NCBI GenBank assembly: GCA_023396915.1
Contig: JAEWUV010000007.1
Location: forward strand, 82,077-146,076
Reading direction: 5' to 3'
DNA from: Candidatus Parcubacteria bacterium
Lineage (GTDB): Bacteria > Patescibacteriota > Microgenomatia > UBA12405
Length of the DNA: 64,000 nt
Shown here: in pieces, positions 28,686 to 39,094 of the stretch
How the letters are laid out: each line of letters starts with the position of its first letter
How positions within the stretch are numbered: the stretch's first letter is position 1
Translations under genes and position numbers: made by a program
The notes under the pieces: generated by a model
Database searches by the model: none
What the model was told of the DNA's origin: nothing
Seen by the model: the letters and a program-made list of their open reading frames with translations, nothing else

Positions 28686-30464
28686 ATGGTTCCAAAGTTT
28701 AGTCTCTTTTCAGTCATCAAAAACAAAAAAATTTTACTGCTCAGTTTGGTCCTTATATTAGGTATTTTTTTACGCTTCTACAAAATAAGTGATTTACCTT
28801 ATCCTTTAAATGGTGATGAAAAGGCTTTTGGTTACTATGCTTGGTCAATTTCTCATTTCGGATCTGATGAATATGGCAATAAATTACCTTTTTATTTTCC
28901 CTCGATTGGCGATTATAAGTATCCAGTTTATACCTATCTTAGTGCCCCTCTCTCTTATATCTTTGGTTTAAACCCTATTCTCCCCAGATTAATTTCTTCT
29001 ATAGCCTCAATTCTCCTAATCATTACTGTTTACAAGTTTTCTTTTTTATTATTTAAATCATCAAAAATTGCTTTAATTTCAGCTATTTTAGTAACCATTT
29101 CTCCTTGGAACATTACTTTTAGCCGTACCGCCTCAGAGGCCAACTTGATGACTTTTCTCTCCTTTTTAGGTTTCTATTTTTTCTATAAGTTTTTAGTCAA
29201 TAAAAAAAATGAAACAAAACTCTTATTTTATTCAGGAATTTTATTTCTAATCTCATTTTTCACTTATTCAGCCAGTAGAGTTTTTATTCCGATAATGATT
29301 TTATTTTTACTTCTCTTTTTAATTTTTACCAAAAATTACCAAAAAATTAAACCAACCTTATTATTTTTTGTCTTCACCGTAATCTTGGTACTTCTATCTT
29401 TTATCAGCCCTTCCAGTCGAGTCAGAGCCAATAATTTGTCTATTCTACCTAATTTCCAAACACGCTATGAATGGATTAATCAATCAACTTATACGCTTGG
29501 CTTAGGCAATCCGACAAACCCTTTGATCACCCGTCTCTTTTTTAACAAAGCAACCGCTTTTTTCAAAGAATTTACCAATCGTTATATATCTCATTTTTCT
29601 TTTAATTACCTTTTTCTAACCGGAGATATTGTCAAACTCAATAGTATTCCTAACTTTGGAAACTTTTATGTTTTTGAAATAATTTTTTTTATTTTAGGTA
29701 TCAGTACTTTAGTAAATAAAATTTTTAAAAAAGATTTAGCTTCTTTTTTAATTTTTTCCGGAATTGTTATCAGCCCAATAGCCGCTTCAACAACCATAGA
29801 AACACCTTCAGCAGTGCGACAGCTTGTTGGCCTCCCATACCTTATTCTTGCAATTTCTCTTGGTTTAAATTTTCTACTTAAAAAATCAAAATTAAGTCTA
29901 ATGGTTATTATCCTTTTTTACGTTTACTTTTTTTTATTTTTACTATTATCTGTTTTTAAAATCAAACCTTATGCCCAACCGTGGACCACCGACCAGGGAA
30001 ATCAGGAATTAGTCAAGATAATCTGGAGTTTAAAGGATAATTACAAATATATCTTTGTTCCCAACGACCCATATATCGACTTTCTTTTTTATAATAAAAT
30101 CACTCCAAAAGATTTCTTATCAAACGCCAAAATCGAAGAAGAAAAAACCGGCAAATGGAATAGAGTTTCTCAACTTCAAAATATTATTTTTAATGTTGAT
30201 TCAAATTGCCCTAAAACTGGTCAAAAAAATGCTTTATATGTCTGCACTGGAGAAGAGATATCTCCGTTTGCCCATATCGTTGATGTTATAAATTACAGTG
30301 ATAATATTCCTCATTACGTTTTAATTGACTTTCCTGGAGGCGATCAGACTCAACAAATCGCTCCTGCCCAAATTAAATACATTCTCCCAAAAGACATGGA
30401 TCAAAGATGGCCATCTGGAATTTTTACCAACCCTAACCAATATTATTTAAACTTAATTTTGTGA
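28686..30464 (+). CDS. ArnT/PMT-family GT-C glycosyltransferase, paralog 1 of 6
   Basis: LRFYKISDLPYPLNGDEKAFGYYAWSISHFGSDEYGNKLPFYFPSIGDYKYPVYTYL is the canonical first periplasmic loop (DE...Y.A.S...G.DE.G...GDYK.P). 592 aa with at least 11 TM. Confidence 0.8.
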   Translation: MVPKFSLFSVIKNKKILLLSLVLILGIFLRFYKISDLPYPLNGDEKAFGYYAWSISHFGSDEYGNKLPFYFPSIGDYKYPVYTYLSAPLSYIFGLNPILPRLISSIASILLIITVYKFSFLLFKSSKIALISAILVTISPWNITFSRTASEANLMTFLSFLGFYFFYKFLVNKKNETKLLFYSGILFLISFFTYSASRVFIPIMILFLLLFLIFTKNYQKIKPTLLFFVFTVILVLLSFISPSSRVRANNLSILPNFQTRYEWINQSTYTLGLGNPTNPLITRLFFNKATAFFKEFTNRYISHFSFNYLFLTGDIVKLNSIPNFGNFYVFEIIFFILGISTLVNKIFKKDLASFLIFSGIVISPIAASTTIETPSAVRQLVGLPYLILAISLGLNFLLKKSKLSLMVIILFYVYFFLFLLLSVFKIKPYAQPWTTDQGNQELVKIIWSLKDNYKYIFVPNDPYIDFLFYNKITPKDFLSNAKIEEEKTGKWNRVSQLQNIIFNVDSNCPKTGQKNALYVCTGEEISPFAHIVDVINYSDNIPHYVLIDFPGGDQTQQIAPAQIKYILPKDMDQRWPSGIFTNPNQYYLNLIL

Positions 30465-31261
30465 AAGATAAAATCTCTATCATTATTGTCACTTGGAACA
30501 CGGCTCAAATTACTAAAAAATGTGTTGATACTATTAATAAATATTTACCAAATCAGGAAATTATAGTCGTCGACAATGGATCTGAAGATAACACGGTAGA
30601 TATACTCAGAAAAATAAAAAACGTTAAAATTATCGAAAATCACGCCAATTTAGGTTTTGCCAAAGCCAACAACATCGGCCTAAAATACGCTACATCAAAC
30701 TACATTGTCTTTATGAATTCGGATATTGAGCTGATAGATATCAGCTTTATTAAAATGATTAATTATCTTAAAATCAATTCCGATATCGGTCTCATTGGAC
30801 CAAAATTTTTAAACCCTGACTTAACCCCCCAAGCCTCTGTTTTTCCACCTCAAACTGCTCTTAACGCTTTCAAAGAATTTTGGTTAGGTAAAAAAGACGC
30901 CTATTCTAAATATTTTCCCAATACTAAAAATCCCATTGAAGTTTCCTATATTTCCGGTGGTTGCATTATTACCAATAAAAAATTTTTTGAAAAAATCGGC
31001 AAATGGAATGAAAAATATTTCTTTTACTTTGAAGACATGGATCTCTGTCGTCAAGTTAGACTTTTCGGCAAAAAAATTATTTTCTTTCCGGAGTGTCAAG
31101 TCATTCATCGCCACGGAGCCAGTGGTAAAAAACTAGCCGACAGTCAAAATCAATGGCGTCGTCTTGTTCCCAGTAGCATTAAATTTCATGGGTTTTTAGA
31201 GCATTATTTTATCAACTTTATAATTTGGTCCGGTCAAAAATGGCAAAAATTAAAACATTAA
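30461..31261 (+). CDS. GT2 glycosyltransferase
   Basis: ISIIIVTWNTAQIT...VVDNGSEDNT...FMNSDI. 266 aa. Confidence 0.8.
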   Translation: MKDKISIIIVTWNTAQITKKCVDTINKYLPNQEIIVVDNGSEDNTVDILRKIKNVKIIENHANLGFAKANNIGLKYATSNYIVFMNSDIELIDISFIKMINYLKINSDIGLIGPKFLNPDLTPQASVFPPQTALNAFKEFWLGKKDAYSKYFPNTKNPIEVSYISGGCIITNKKFFEKIGKWNEKYFFYFEDMDLCRQVRLFGKKIIFFPECQVIHRHGASGKKLADSQNQWRRLVPSSIKFHGFLEHYFINFIIWSGQKWQKLKH

Positions 31262-32556
31262 CTATTAGAAAAGTACTTCTGCTCGGCCTTTTACTAAGGT
31301 TAATATTAGCCATCATCTCCTCTTGGCATCCAGACTTACCCAACCATATCGATTGGGGACTACGGTTCCTTTCTTATGGTTCACACAATTTTTATGAAAG
31401 TTCAATTTGGGGTGTTTCTTGGCCAAACCAACCTTTCGGTAGTATTTTACTTTTTGCTTTTATGGCAATTATTAAAAACGGTCTCTTTGCTTTTATTATG
31501 TTTTTAAACAACACTATTGCCATCTTTCCATCTTTTATCATTCCTGTTTTAGAATCAAATTTACACGCCTGGTTAGTTAAGTTGCCATTTATTTTGTCAG
31601 ATATTGGTTTGGCTTATTTGATTTATAAAATTATTATTAAAATTAACCCAAAAAAAGCTATTCTAGCCGCTTCTCTTTTTCTTTTTAATCCGGTTTTAAT
31701 TTATAACTCCACCATTTGGGGACAAACCGATTCTCTAATTAATTTACTTGCTCTTTTAGGTATTTATTTAATTTTTCAAAAAAAATATTTTCCTGGAATT
31801 CTCTTCTTTTTATCCACTTATCTTTTTAAACTTTCTTTAATCATTTATTTACCTATAGTCGGTTTATTACTACTAAAAAGAATAAAAGACTGGAAACAAT
31901 TTATCCTTCCGATTTTAACTTTCATTTTGTTTATTTTTTTATTAGCTATTCCTTTTACCTTTGCTGACAAAAATCCTTTGGAGTGGGTTTGGTATATGTA
32001 TACCAACAGAGTTCTACCTCGACAAGGAAGTATGTTAAACGGAAATGCTTTTAATTTATGGGCACTTATTTTTAGTATTGATCTTTCCAAATCAGAATTT
32101 AACTTATTTTTAGGGTTAACCTATCAATTTTGGGGCAGGCTTCTTTATATTTTATTTCTCATTCCTGTTTGGTTTAAGTTCATTAAATCAAAATTAACCC
32201 TGCCAGTCCGGCAGGCGGGCCTCAAAAATCTTTTCCTGGCTTTAACTGTAACTGCTTTTGGCTGTTTTATTTTTCTTACCAATATGCACGAAAGATATCT
32301 TTACCCGATTTTTCCACTTATTAGTGTTTTATTTTTTCTACCAAAAAGTAAAATTAATTTAAAATCGATTATTACCCTGTCGACAATTCATTTATTAAAT
32401 CTCTACAATCTTTGGTTTTATCCATCTATCCCCGTGTTAAAAAATCTACTTATTTGGAATAATTATTTCCTTTGCCGTTGTTTATCCCTTATACTTATAT
32501 TGATTTGTTTTAAATATTTTATTCGATATCTAAAAAGTGAAGATGAAAAAGTTTAA
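31240..32556 (+). CDS. Polytopic membrane protein, second GT-C-like family, paralog C
   Basis: HIDWGLRFLSYGSHNFYESSIWGVSWPNQPFGSILLFAFM is similar to paralog B. The ORF track gives 31225. Confidence 0.5.
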   Translation: MAKIKTLTIRKVLLLGLLLRLILAIISSWHPDLPNHIDWGLRFLSYGSHNFYESSIWGVSWPNQPFGSILLFAFMAIIKNGLFAFIMFLNNTIAIFPSFIIPVLESNLHAWLVKLPFILSDIGLAYLIYKIIIKINPKKAILAASLFLFNPVLIYNSTIWGQTDSLINLLALLGIYLIFQKKYFPGILFFLSTYLFKLSLIIYLPIVGLLLLKRIKDWKQFILPILTFILFIFLLAIPFTFADKNPLEWVWYMYTNRVLPRQGSMLNGNAFNLWALIFSIDLSKSEFNLFLGLTYQFWGRLLYILFLIPVWFKFIKSKLTLPVRQAGLKNLFLALTVTAFGCFIFLTNMHERYLYPIFPLISVLFFLPKSKINLKSIITLSTIHLLNLYNLWFYPSIPVLKNLLIWNNYFLCRCLSLILILICFKYFIRYLKSEDEKV

Positions 32557-34216
32557 TTGGGCTTTAGTTCTATTGCTTTTAATATCATTTTTGGTTCGTA
32601 TTTATAAAATCGATACCCTTAGTCTGTTTGGTGATGAAATTGACGTTGGTTATCAAGCCTATTCCTTACTTCAAACCGGTCATGATTACAAAGGTAATTT
32701 TCTTCCTACTTATATTCAATCCCTTTCCGAGTCCCGTGCCCCACTTCTTATTTATCTGAGTATCCTTGGAATCAGGATTTTTGGCCTTACTGAACTTGGT
32801 GTTCGCATCACTCCAATTATTTTTGGAGTTTTAAGTATCTATTTACTCTACCAACTAATTTTTCTTTTTACTAAATCTAATAAACTGGCTCTTTTGTCAT
32901 CCAGTGTCATGGCATTTACTCCTTGGCATTTTCACTATAGCCGTACCGCTTTTGAAGTTACTTTACTTTTATCCTTAACTTTATTAGGAGTCTATTTATT
33001 TGAAAAATTTCTCCAAAAAAATAAATCAATTTTATTATTTTTATCCATTGTTTCTTTTGGACTAACTTTTTATACCTATAATACCGCTAATATTTTTACT
33101 CCACTTTTGGTAATTTTTTTACTTATTTTCAATTTTTCCAAACTAAAAGAAAAAATTAATTCAAAAACCATCATCATTTCTTTTCTGTTTACTTTACTTT
33201 TTATCATCCCTATATTAACCCAAATATTTTCCGGTCGGGCAGCCAATCGGTTTGGGCTAATAAGCATCTTTAATGATCCAAAAACCATTAACAACATCAT
33301 TGATCGTCGAACTTCGTTTTCTGCCGTCAGTCAATCCCGTGAAAGATTTTTTTACAACAAAGCCACCATGTGGCAACAATCGTTTTTTCAAAATTATCTT
33401 CAATCCTTATCTCCCTCATTTTTATTTACCACCGGTGATATTAATAATGTCCGTCATAGCCTTCCTCATTTTGGACTACTATTTTTATCTTTTTCCCCTT
33501 TACTTATTATCGGTCTTTTTAAATTAAAACCAGATGACAAACTTAACAAATTAATGTTATTTTGGCTTTTTACTAGCCCTATTGCCTCAAGTTTGACTAT
33601 TAATGGCGGAAACCATGCTACCAGACTTTTTTTAATGCTGCCTCCATTGGTCTTTTTTGTCGGGCAAGGAGTAAACTACTTAATTTCTTCATCTTCAAAA
33701 ATATTTAAAATTATCATTGTCTTTATAACCTTACTTTTTGTTTTTGAGGCCTCATTTTATACTCATGAATATTTCAATAGGTATTCCAAAGAATATTTTT
33801 TAGATTGGAACTATGGTTACAAACAGTTATTTCAATCTGTTCCCGTTTCAACTGCCAATCGCATTTTTATTAGTAACGCCAATTACAATTCACTTCTACC
33901 TTTTTTGTTTTATCAAAAAATATCTCCCAATCAAGTTAAAATTAATGACTTAGAACAACCATCTATATACCAAGATATGAATGGTTTTAAAATTTCTGAT
34001 AATTTTTATTTTATTAATAACTGGCAACTATCCTCTGATATCTTTGAAAGGCTTAAAAAAACAGCTGAATCAGGTGATGTTTTTTTACTTTTCCAACTTA
34101 AAGATATTCCCGGTGATATGGATTTTTCCCAAAAACCACTTGAAGGGTTTAAAACCATCCAGACTGTTTACAATCCTAACCATAGTATCTTGGGTCAAGT
34201 TATTCAAAAATTATGA
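32537..34216 (+). CDS. ArnT/PMT-family GT-C glycosyltransferase, paralog 2 (first of five contiguous)
   Basis: LVRIYKIDTLSLFGDEIDVGYQAYSLLQTGHDYKGNFLPTYIQSL. 559 aa. Confidence 0.8.
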   Translation: MKMKKFNWALVLLLLISFLVRIYKIDTLSLFGDEIDVGYQAYSLLQTGHDYKGNFLPTYIQSLSESRAPLLIYLSILGIRIFGLTELGVRITPIIFGVLSIYLLYQLIFLFTKSNKLALLSSSVMAFTPWHFHYSRTAFEVTLLLSLTLLGVYLFEKFLQKNKSILLFLSIVSFGLTFYTYNTANIFTPLLVIFLLIFNFSKLKEKINSKTIIISFLFTLLFIIPILTQIFSGRAANRFGLISIFNDPKTINNIIDRRTSFSAVSQSRERFFYNKATMWQQSFFQNYLQSLSPSFLFTTGDINNVRHSLPHFGLLFLSFSPLLIIGLFKLKPDDKLNKLMLFWLFTSPIASSLTINGGNHATRLFLMLPPLVFFVGQGVNYLISSSSKIFKIIIVFITLLFVFEASFYTHEYFNRYSKEYFLDWNYGYKQLFQSVPVSTANRIFISNANYNSLLPFLFYQKISPNQVKINDLEQPSIYQDMNGFKISDNFYFINNWQLSSDIFERLKKTAESGDVFLLFQLKDIPGDMDFSQKPLEGFKTIQTVYNPNHSILGQVIQKL

Positions 34217-35865
34217 AAACAAAAATACTCCTCATTTTAATAATAATCGTCGGAGCTTTTCTGAGATTTTATAAATTAGGTACTTTGCCCAACTCATATT
34301 CTCCCGATGAATTATCCCAAGCTTATACCGCCTACTCAATTCTACAAACCGGCAAAGATGAGTGGGGGAACAGTAACTGGTTGAATTTACGTTCCTTTGG
34401 TGACTACAAACCACCCCTGCAAACCTTATTAATGATTCCTTCAGTTAAAGTTTTTGGATTAACCCCCTTCTCTGCTCGTTTTCCCAATGCTTTTTTATCC
34501 GTCTTTACTATTCTTCTGACTTATCTAATCGCTGATATCTTATTTAAAAACAAAAATATTTCTCTTGTAAGTGCCCTTTTTATATCCATTTCGCCCTGGG
34601 CCCTACCTATGTCTCGAATTGCCCTCGAAGCTAATTTATTAATCTTTATAATTTCACTGGCTTTTTATCTCTGTTTATTGGCCCAAAACAAAAATAATAG
34701 TTTATTTTTTATCTTATCAGCCATATTTTTTGGCCTCAGTCTTTTTACTTATCATTCAAGTAAAATTTTTACTCCATTATTTTTAATTCTTCTGATAATT
34801 TTTCAAAAAACTTATAGACAACCCAAAAAACTTGTTTTATTTTTAATAACTTTTTCTCTTTTCCTATTTACTCTGTTCTGGACTAACTCCCAAATCAAAA
34901 CTAACCGCACCGGAGACATTGCTATCTTTAATCCCACTGACAAATGGAGTTATGTTTCAAACAGCCAATTTGAAATCACTCAAAACGGATTACCTTATTT
35001 TTTAACCAAACCTTTCTACAATAAAATTACCTATTTATATGAAACTTTTAGCACAAGTTACCTTTCCTATTTTTCTCCCCAATTCTTACTTACTCAAGGT
35101 GCCGGCGAAACCACCTACGGTATGATTCCCGGATATGGAGTCTTAGGGTTGATTCCTTTCTTAGGTTTACTTTTTTGTCTGATTCTATTGATCCAAAAGA
35201 AAGTTACAAAAGATTCAAATAATATAATTTTTATATTTTTGGCCATCCTAATCCCTCCATCAATTGCCGCAATTGCCAAGGGCAGTTACTCTGCCAACAG
35301 AGTTTCTTTGATGACCCCCTTTATTCAAATTCTTTCTGCTGTTGGGTTAAGTTTTTTTATCAAAAATTTACCCCAAAAATTCCAAAAAATCTCCTATTCT
35401 ATATCTTTAATACTGTTTTTTAGTCTAAATAGTATCTTTTTAATCCGCTATTTTTATCAGGGTAATCAAATTCTAGCCGAAGGCATGCTCTATGGTCATA
35501 AACAAGCCAATGAATACATTCAATCCCATTCAGCATCACAAATTATTTACTCCCGAAAACTTTCAGAACCGCAAGCTTACGTCAGTTTCTTTAATCATAT
35601 AAATCCGCTCATCACTCAATCAGAATCTAGTAATTGGCTAGAATACCAAACCAAAGGCTTATCTTTTCTTGATCAATTGGGAGAATACAAATTAAGTAAT
35701 TTTATTTTTAGGGAAATTAATATTCCCAGTGACAGTCAACTTCCAAATACTCTTATTATTGGTCGCCCAGAAGAATTTAGGGATATCAAACCCGATTACA
35801 TTATTTATTATCCTAATCACTCTCAACTAAAACCGGCAATCTACATTTATCATACCAAAATATGA
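34213..35865 (+). CDS. ArnT/PMT-family GT-C glycosyltransferase, paralog 3
   Basis: LRFYKLGTLPNSYSPDELSQAYTAYSILQTGKDEWGN...FGDYKPPLQTLL. The ATGA stop/start overlaps the previous gene. Confidence 0.8.
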   Translation: MKTKILLILIIIVGAFLRFYKLGTLPNSYSPDELSQAYTAYSILQTGKDEWGNSNWLNLRSFGDYKPPLQTLLMIPSVKVFGLTPFSARFPNAFLSVFTILLTYLIADILFKNKNISLVSALFISISPWALPMSRIALEANLLIFIISLAFYLCLLAQNKNNSLFFILSAIFFGLSLFTYHSSKIFTPLFLILLIIFQKTYRQPKKLVLFLITFSLFLFTLFWTNSQIKTNRTGDIAIFNPTDKWSYVSNSQFEITQNGLPYFLTKPFYNKITYLYETFSTSYLSYFSPQFLLTQGAGETTYGMIPGYGVLGLIPFLGLLFCLILLIQKKVTKDSNNIIFIFLAILIPPSIAAIAKGSYSANRVSLMTPFIQILSAVGLSFFIKNLPQKFQKISYSISLILFFSLNSIFLIRYFYQGNQILAEGMLYGHKQANEYIQSHSASQIIYSRKLSEPQAYVSFFNHINPLITQSESSNWLEYQTKGLSFLDQLGEYKLSNFIFREINIPSDSQLPNTLIIGRPEEFRDIKPDYIIYYPNHSQLKPAIYIYHTKI

Positions 35866-37463
35866 AATCCAAACTTCCAATATTTTTTATTCTCATTTTA
35901 GGATTTATTCTCCGGATTATTTTTATCAACCAACTTCCGCCCAGTCCAAATTGGGACGAAGTCTCTCACGGATTTAACGCCTATTCAATTCTTAAAACCG
36001 GACATGACGAATGGGGGACTTTCATGCCTTTAATTTTCAGATGTTTTGGCGATTTTAAACTACCTTTATATATCTATTTAACCGTAATTTCGGTATTTTT
36101 ATTTGGCCTTAACACTTTCTCTGTCCGTCTTGTTTCAATTCTTGCCGGCACCCTTACCATATTTTTCATTTACCTCATTCTCAAAAAGATTTTACTTTAC
36201 CCGTCCGGCAGGCGGGCCAAAAATAATCTCATTCCCATTATCAGCGGCTTCATAGTTTGTCTTTCACCCGGTTCTATTTTTCTTTCCCGAATTGCTCTTG
36301 AAGCTAATCTATTTATGTGTCTTTTTCTAATATCCTTCTATTTTCTTTTATCCAAAAAATACGGCTTAAGCAGTTTTATTTATGGTATCAGTCTTTTTAC
36401 CTATAACAGTAGCCGTGTTTTATTACCCTTTTATTTAACCTGTCTAATTTACCTTTTAATAAAAAGCAAGGTTAAACCCCTAAAAGAATACTTAAAATTT
36501 ATCCCTTTTGTTTTATTATCGCTATTAGCCTTAGCTCAGACCTTAAATCAATCAGGTCAAGCTCGTTATCAATGGGTCTCTATTCTCGACTCCGGCTCGA
36601 TTAATCAGATAAACGAATTACGAGCTACTTATCCCCGAATTTTAGTCAACAAAGTTACCTATTTTACCTTTTCTGCTGTCAAAAACTACCTTAGTCATTT
36701 TAATCCCCAATTTCTTTTTATTAACGGTGGCTCCAACTACCAATTTAATATCCCGAATTTTTATCTAATTAGTCCATTATTTCTACCATTTTTAATATTG
36801 GGTTTAATTTATCTTTTTAAGACTATCAAAAATGACTATTCCAAGATAATCCTCTTTTTCTTTTTAATTTCTCCCATCCCTTCAGCCATTACTCGTGATG
36901 CTCCTCATATTTTACGAAGCATTGTATTTATTCCGTTTAGTATTATAACTATCTCCCTAGGATTTAGTTATTTTGTCAAAAAATTTAAAAAATTATCCTT
37001 AATTTATTTCTCCATCGCCCTTATTACTACCCAAATTTTATTTTGGCCAAAATATTTTACCTACGCCAAGCAATATTCTGCCTCTTGGCAATATGGTTAT
37101 TCTCAGGTGGTTTCGTATATCAAAACTAACTACAACAGTTACGATCAAATTATTTTTACCAAAAAATATGGCGAACCTCACGAATTTATTCTATTTTACT
37201 GGCCCTGGAACTCTGACAATTACCAACACGATACTTCTAAAAATTGGGATTATCACGCTAATTGGTATTGGATTAATGCTTTTAATAAATTCGTTTTCAT
37301 AAATGATTGGGAAATCAAAGGCTATACTCAAAATCTACCTTTAGACAAAAAAATACTTTTAGTTAGCTCTCCAAACAACTATAATCAAACTAACACTAAT
37401 CTTTTGCAAACCATCAATTTTTTAGATGGATCTCCTGCTTTTGAAATCCTGGAAATAAAATGA
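35862..37463 (+). CDS. ArnT/PMT-family GT-C glycosyltransferase, paralog 4
   Basis: NWDEVSHGFNAYSILKTGHDEWGTFMPLIFRCFGDFKLPLYIYL. ATGA overlap with the previous gene. Confidence 0.8.
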   Translation: MKSKLPIFFILILGFILRIIFINQLPPSPNWDEVSHGFNAYSILKTGHDEWGTFMPLIFRCFGDFKLPLYIYLTVISVFLFGLNTFSVRLVSILAGTLTIFFIYLILKKILLYPSGRRAKNNLIPIISGFIVCLSPGSIFLSRIALEANLFMCLFLISFYFLLSKKYGLSSFIYGISLFTYNSSRVLLPFYLTCLIYLLIKSKVKPLKEYLKFIPFVLLSLLALAQTLNQSGQARYQWVSILDSGSINQINELRATYPRILVNKVTYFTFSAVKNYLSHFNPQFLFINGGSNYQFNIPNFYLISPLFLPFLILGLIYLFKTIKNDYSKIILFFFLISPIPSAITRDAPHILRSIVFIPFSIITISLGFSYFVKKFKKLSLIYFSIALITTQILFWPKYFTYAKQYSASWQYGYSQVVSYIKTNYNSYDQIIFTKKYGEPHEFILFYWPWNSDNYQHDTSKNWDYHANWYWINAFNKFVFINDWEIKGYTQNLPLDKKILLVSSPNNYNQTNTNLLQTINFLDGSPAFEILEIK

Positions 37464-39094
37464 AATTTATAAAACAACCTAAAATTTTTCTAACCCTGAT
37501 TTTTTTTGTTTCCTTTTTAATTCGTTCCATTTTTATCTATAAAACCCCTCTTTTGTGGGACGAAGCCTCACTAGGTTACAACGCCTATTCAATTCTTCAA
37601 ACAGGAGGCGATGAATATGGCCAATTTTTACCTCTAATTTTCAAATCATTCGGTGATTACAAGCCCGGATTCTATGTTTATTTATGTCTTCCTTTTGTAA
37701 AACTTTTTGGGCTTAATTTATTCACTGTCAGACTCCCATCTATTTTAGCCGGATCTCTTTTACCTGTATTTCTTTATTTACTCATCAAAAAAATCAGTCC
37801 TAAGAGCCATAAAATTGCCCTTATTGCCGCCTTAGTTGCCACCTTTAACCCTTATAATATCCATTTTAGTAGGGGAGCCTGGGAAACTAATCTTCTCACT
37901 TGTGAATTGGTTTTAGCCGCTTACTTTTTCTATTCCTATCTTCAAAAACAAAAATCTAAATATTTATTTTTCTCTGCCTTAATTTTTGGTCTTTCTTTAT
38001 TTACCTATCAGGCCGGAAAAATGATTAGTCTTTTTCTTGTTTTAATTCTCCTTGCTCTTAACTACAAAAAACTTAGCCTCAAAAAGCTTTTTCTTAACTT
38101 TATCCTCCCTTTAGGAATATTAGCTTTACCTATCGCTTATGGTTTACTTTTTAACAGCAACAGTAATCGCCTCAAAGTAGTCAGTCTTTTTTCTTATCCT
38201 AGATCCGAAGCCGAAACACAGACTATTATTAGTGAAACAAATCAAGTAGATTACAATATTTTTTACAGTCAACCCATGTTTTTTATCCGTAACTTTCTTT
38301 CCCGCTACTTCAATCATTTTTCTCCAAAATTCTTAGCTTTTGAAGGCGACTGGCAAAATCCCCGACACTCAGCTCCTTACATTGGCGTTTTACTTTATCC
38401 TAGCCTTATCTTTCTCTTTATTGGTATTTTTTTTGCTCTAACTCATCTCAAAAAACAACCAATTAATCAGTTTTTTATCTTGTGGCTCTTAGTTTCTCCT
38501 ATCCCCGCTGCTCTCACTCGCGATTCTATTCAATCAGTCCGAGCTATGTCATTTTCTGTTCCTTTAGTCTATTTTATTTCCCTAGGCCTCTTTGCTTTTT
38601 TTGAAAAGTTTAAATCAAAATTAGTTTTATTAGCTATTTTAGTAGCCTATCTGGCCTCATTTATTTATTATGGTGATCTTTACCTAAATCATATGGTCAA
38701 AAAAGCCCCTTATGATTTTCTTTTTGGCTATCAACAAGCTATGGAATTTACTATAAAAAATCAAAATAAGTATCAAAATATCATCTTTACTGATTTTTAT
38801 GGTCAGCCTTATATTTTTTATCTTTTCTTTTCCCAATATTCGCCTCAAATTTATCAACAACAGGCCAATCTTTTAGAAAGTTCGCTAGATACCGGTAAGA
38901 TTGAGTCTTTAGATAATATCCGATTCAGAACACCTGACTTTGAAGCGGTCAAAAACACCCCAAACACCTTAGCTATTTTTTCTCAGGAAGAAATATACCG
39001 ACAGGGAATTGATAAAAAAGATGAATTTAAAAATTTTATTCCTCTAAGCCCAATTGGTAATATTTCTACCTTCTACGCCTATGAAAACCCTTAA
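37460..39094 (+). CDS. ArnT/PMT-family GT-C glycosyltransferase, paralog 5
   Basis: LWDEASLGYNAYSILQTGGDEYGQFLPLIFKSFGDYKPGFYVYL. ATGA overlap with the previous gene. Confidence 0.8.
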   Translation: MKFIKQPKIFLTLIFFVSFLIRSIFIYKTPLLWDEASLGYNAYSILQTGGDEYGQFLPLIFKSFGDYKPGFYVYLCLPFVKLFGLNLFTVRLPSILAGSLLPVFLYLLIKKISPKSHKIALIAALVATFNPYNIHFSRGAWETNLLTCELVLAAYFFYSYLQKQKSKYLFFSALIFGLSLFTYQAGKMISLFLVLILLALNYKKLSLKKLFLNFILPLGILALPIAYGLLFNSNSNRLKVVSLFSYPRSEAETQTIISETNQVDYNIFYSQPMFFIRNFLSRYFNHFSPKFLAFEGDWQNPRHSAPYIGVLLYPSLIFLFIGIFFALTHLKKQPINQFFILWLLVSPIPAALTRDSIQSVRAMSFSVPLVYFISLGLFAFFEKFKSKLVLLAILVAYLASFIYYGDLYLNHMVKKAPYDFLFGYQQAMEFTIKNQNKYQNIIFTDFYGQPYIFYLFFSQYSPQIYQQQANLLESSLDTGKIESLDNIRFRTPDFEAVKNTPNTLAIFSQEEIYRQGIDKKDEFKNFIPLSPIGNISTFYAYENP

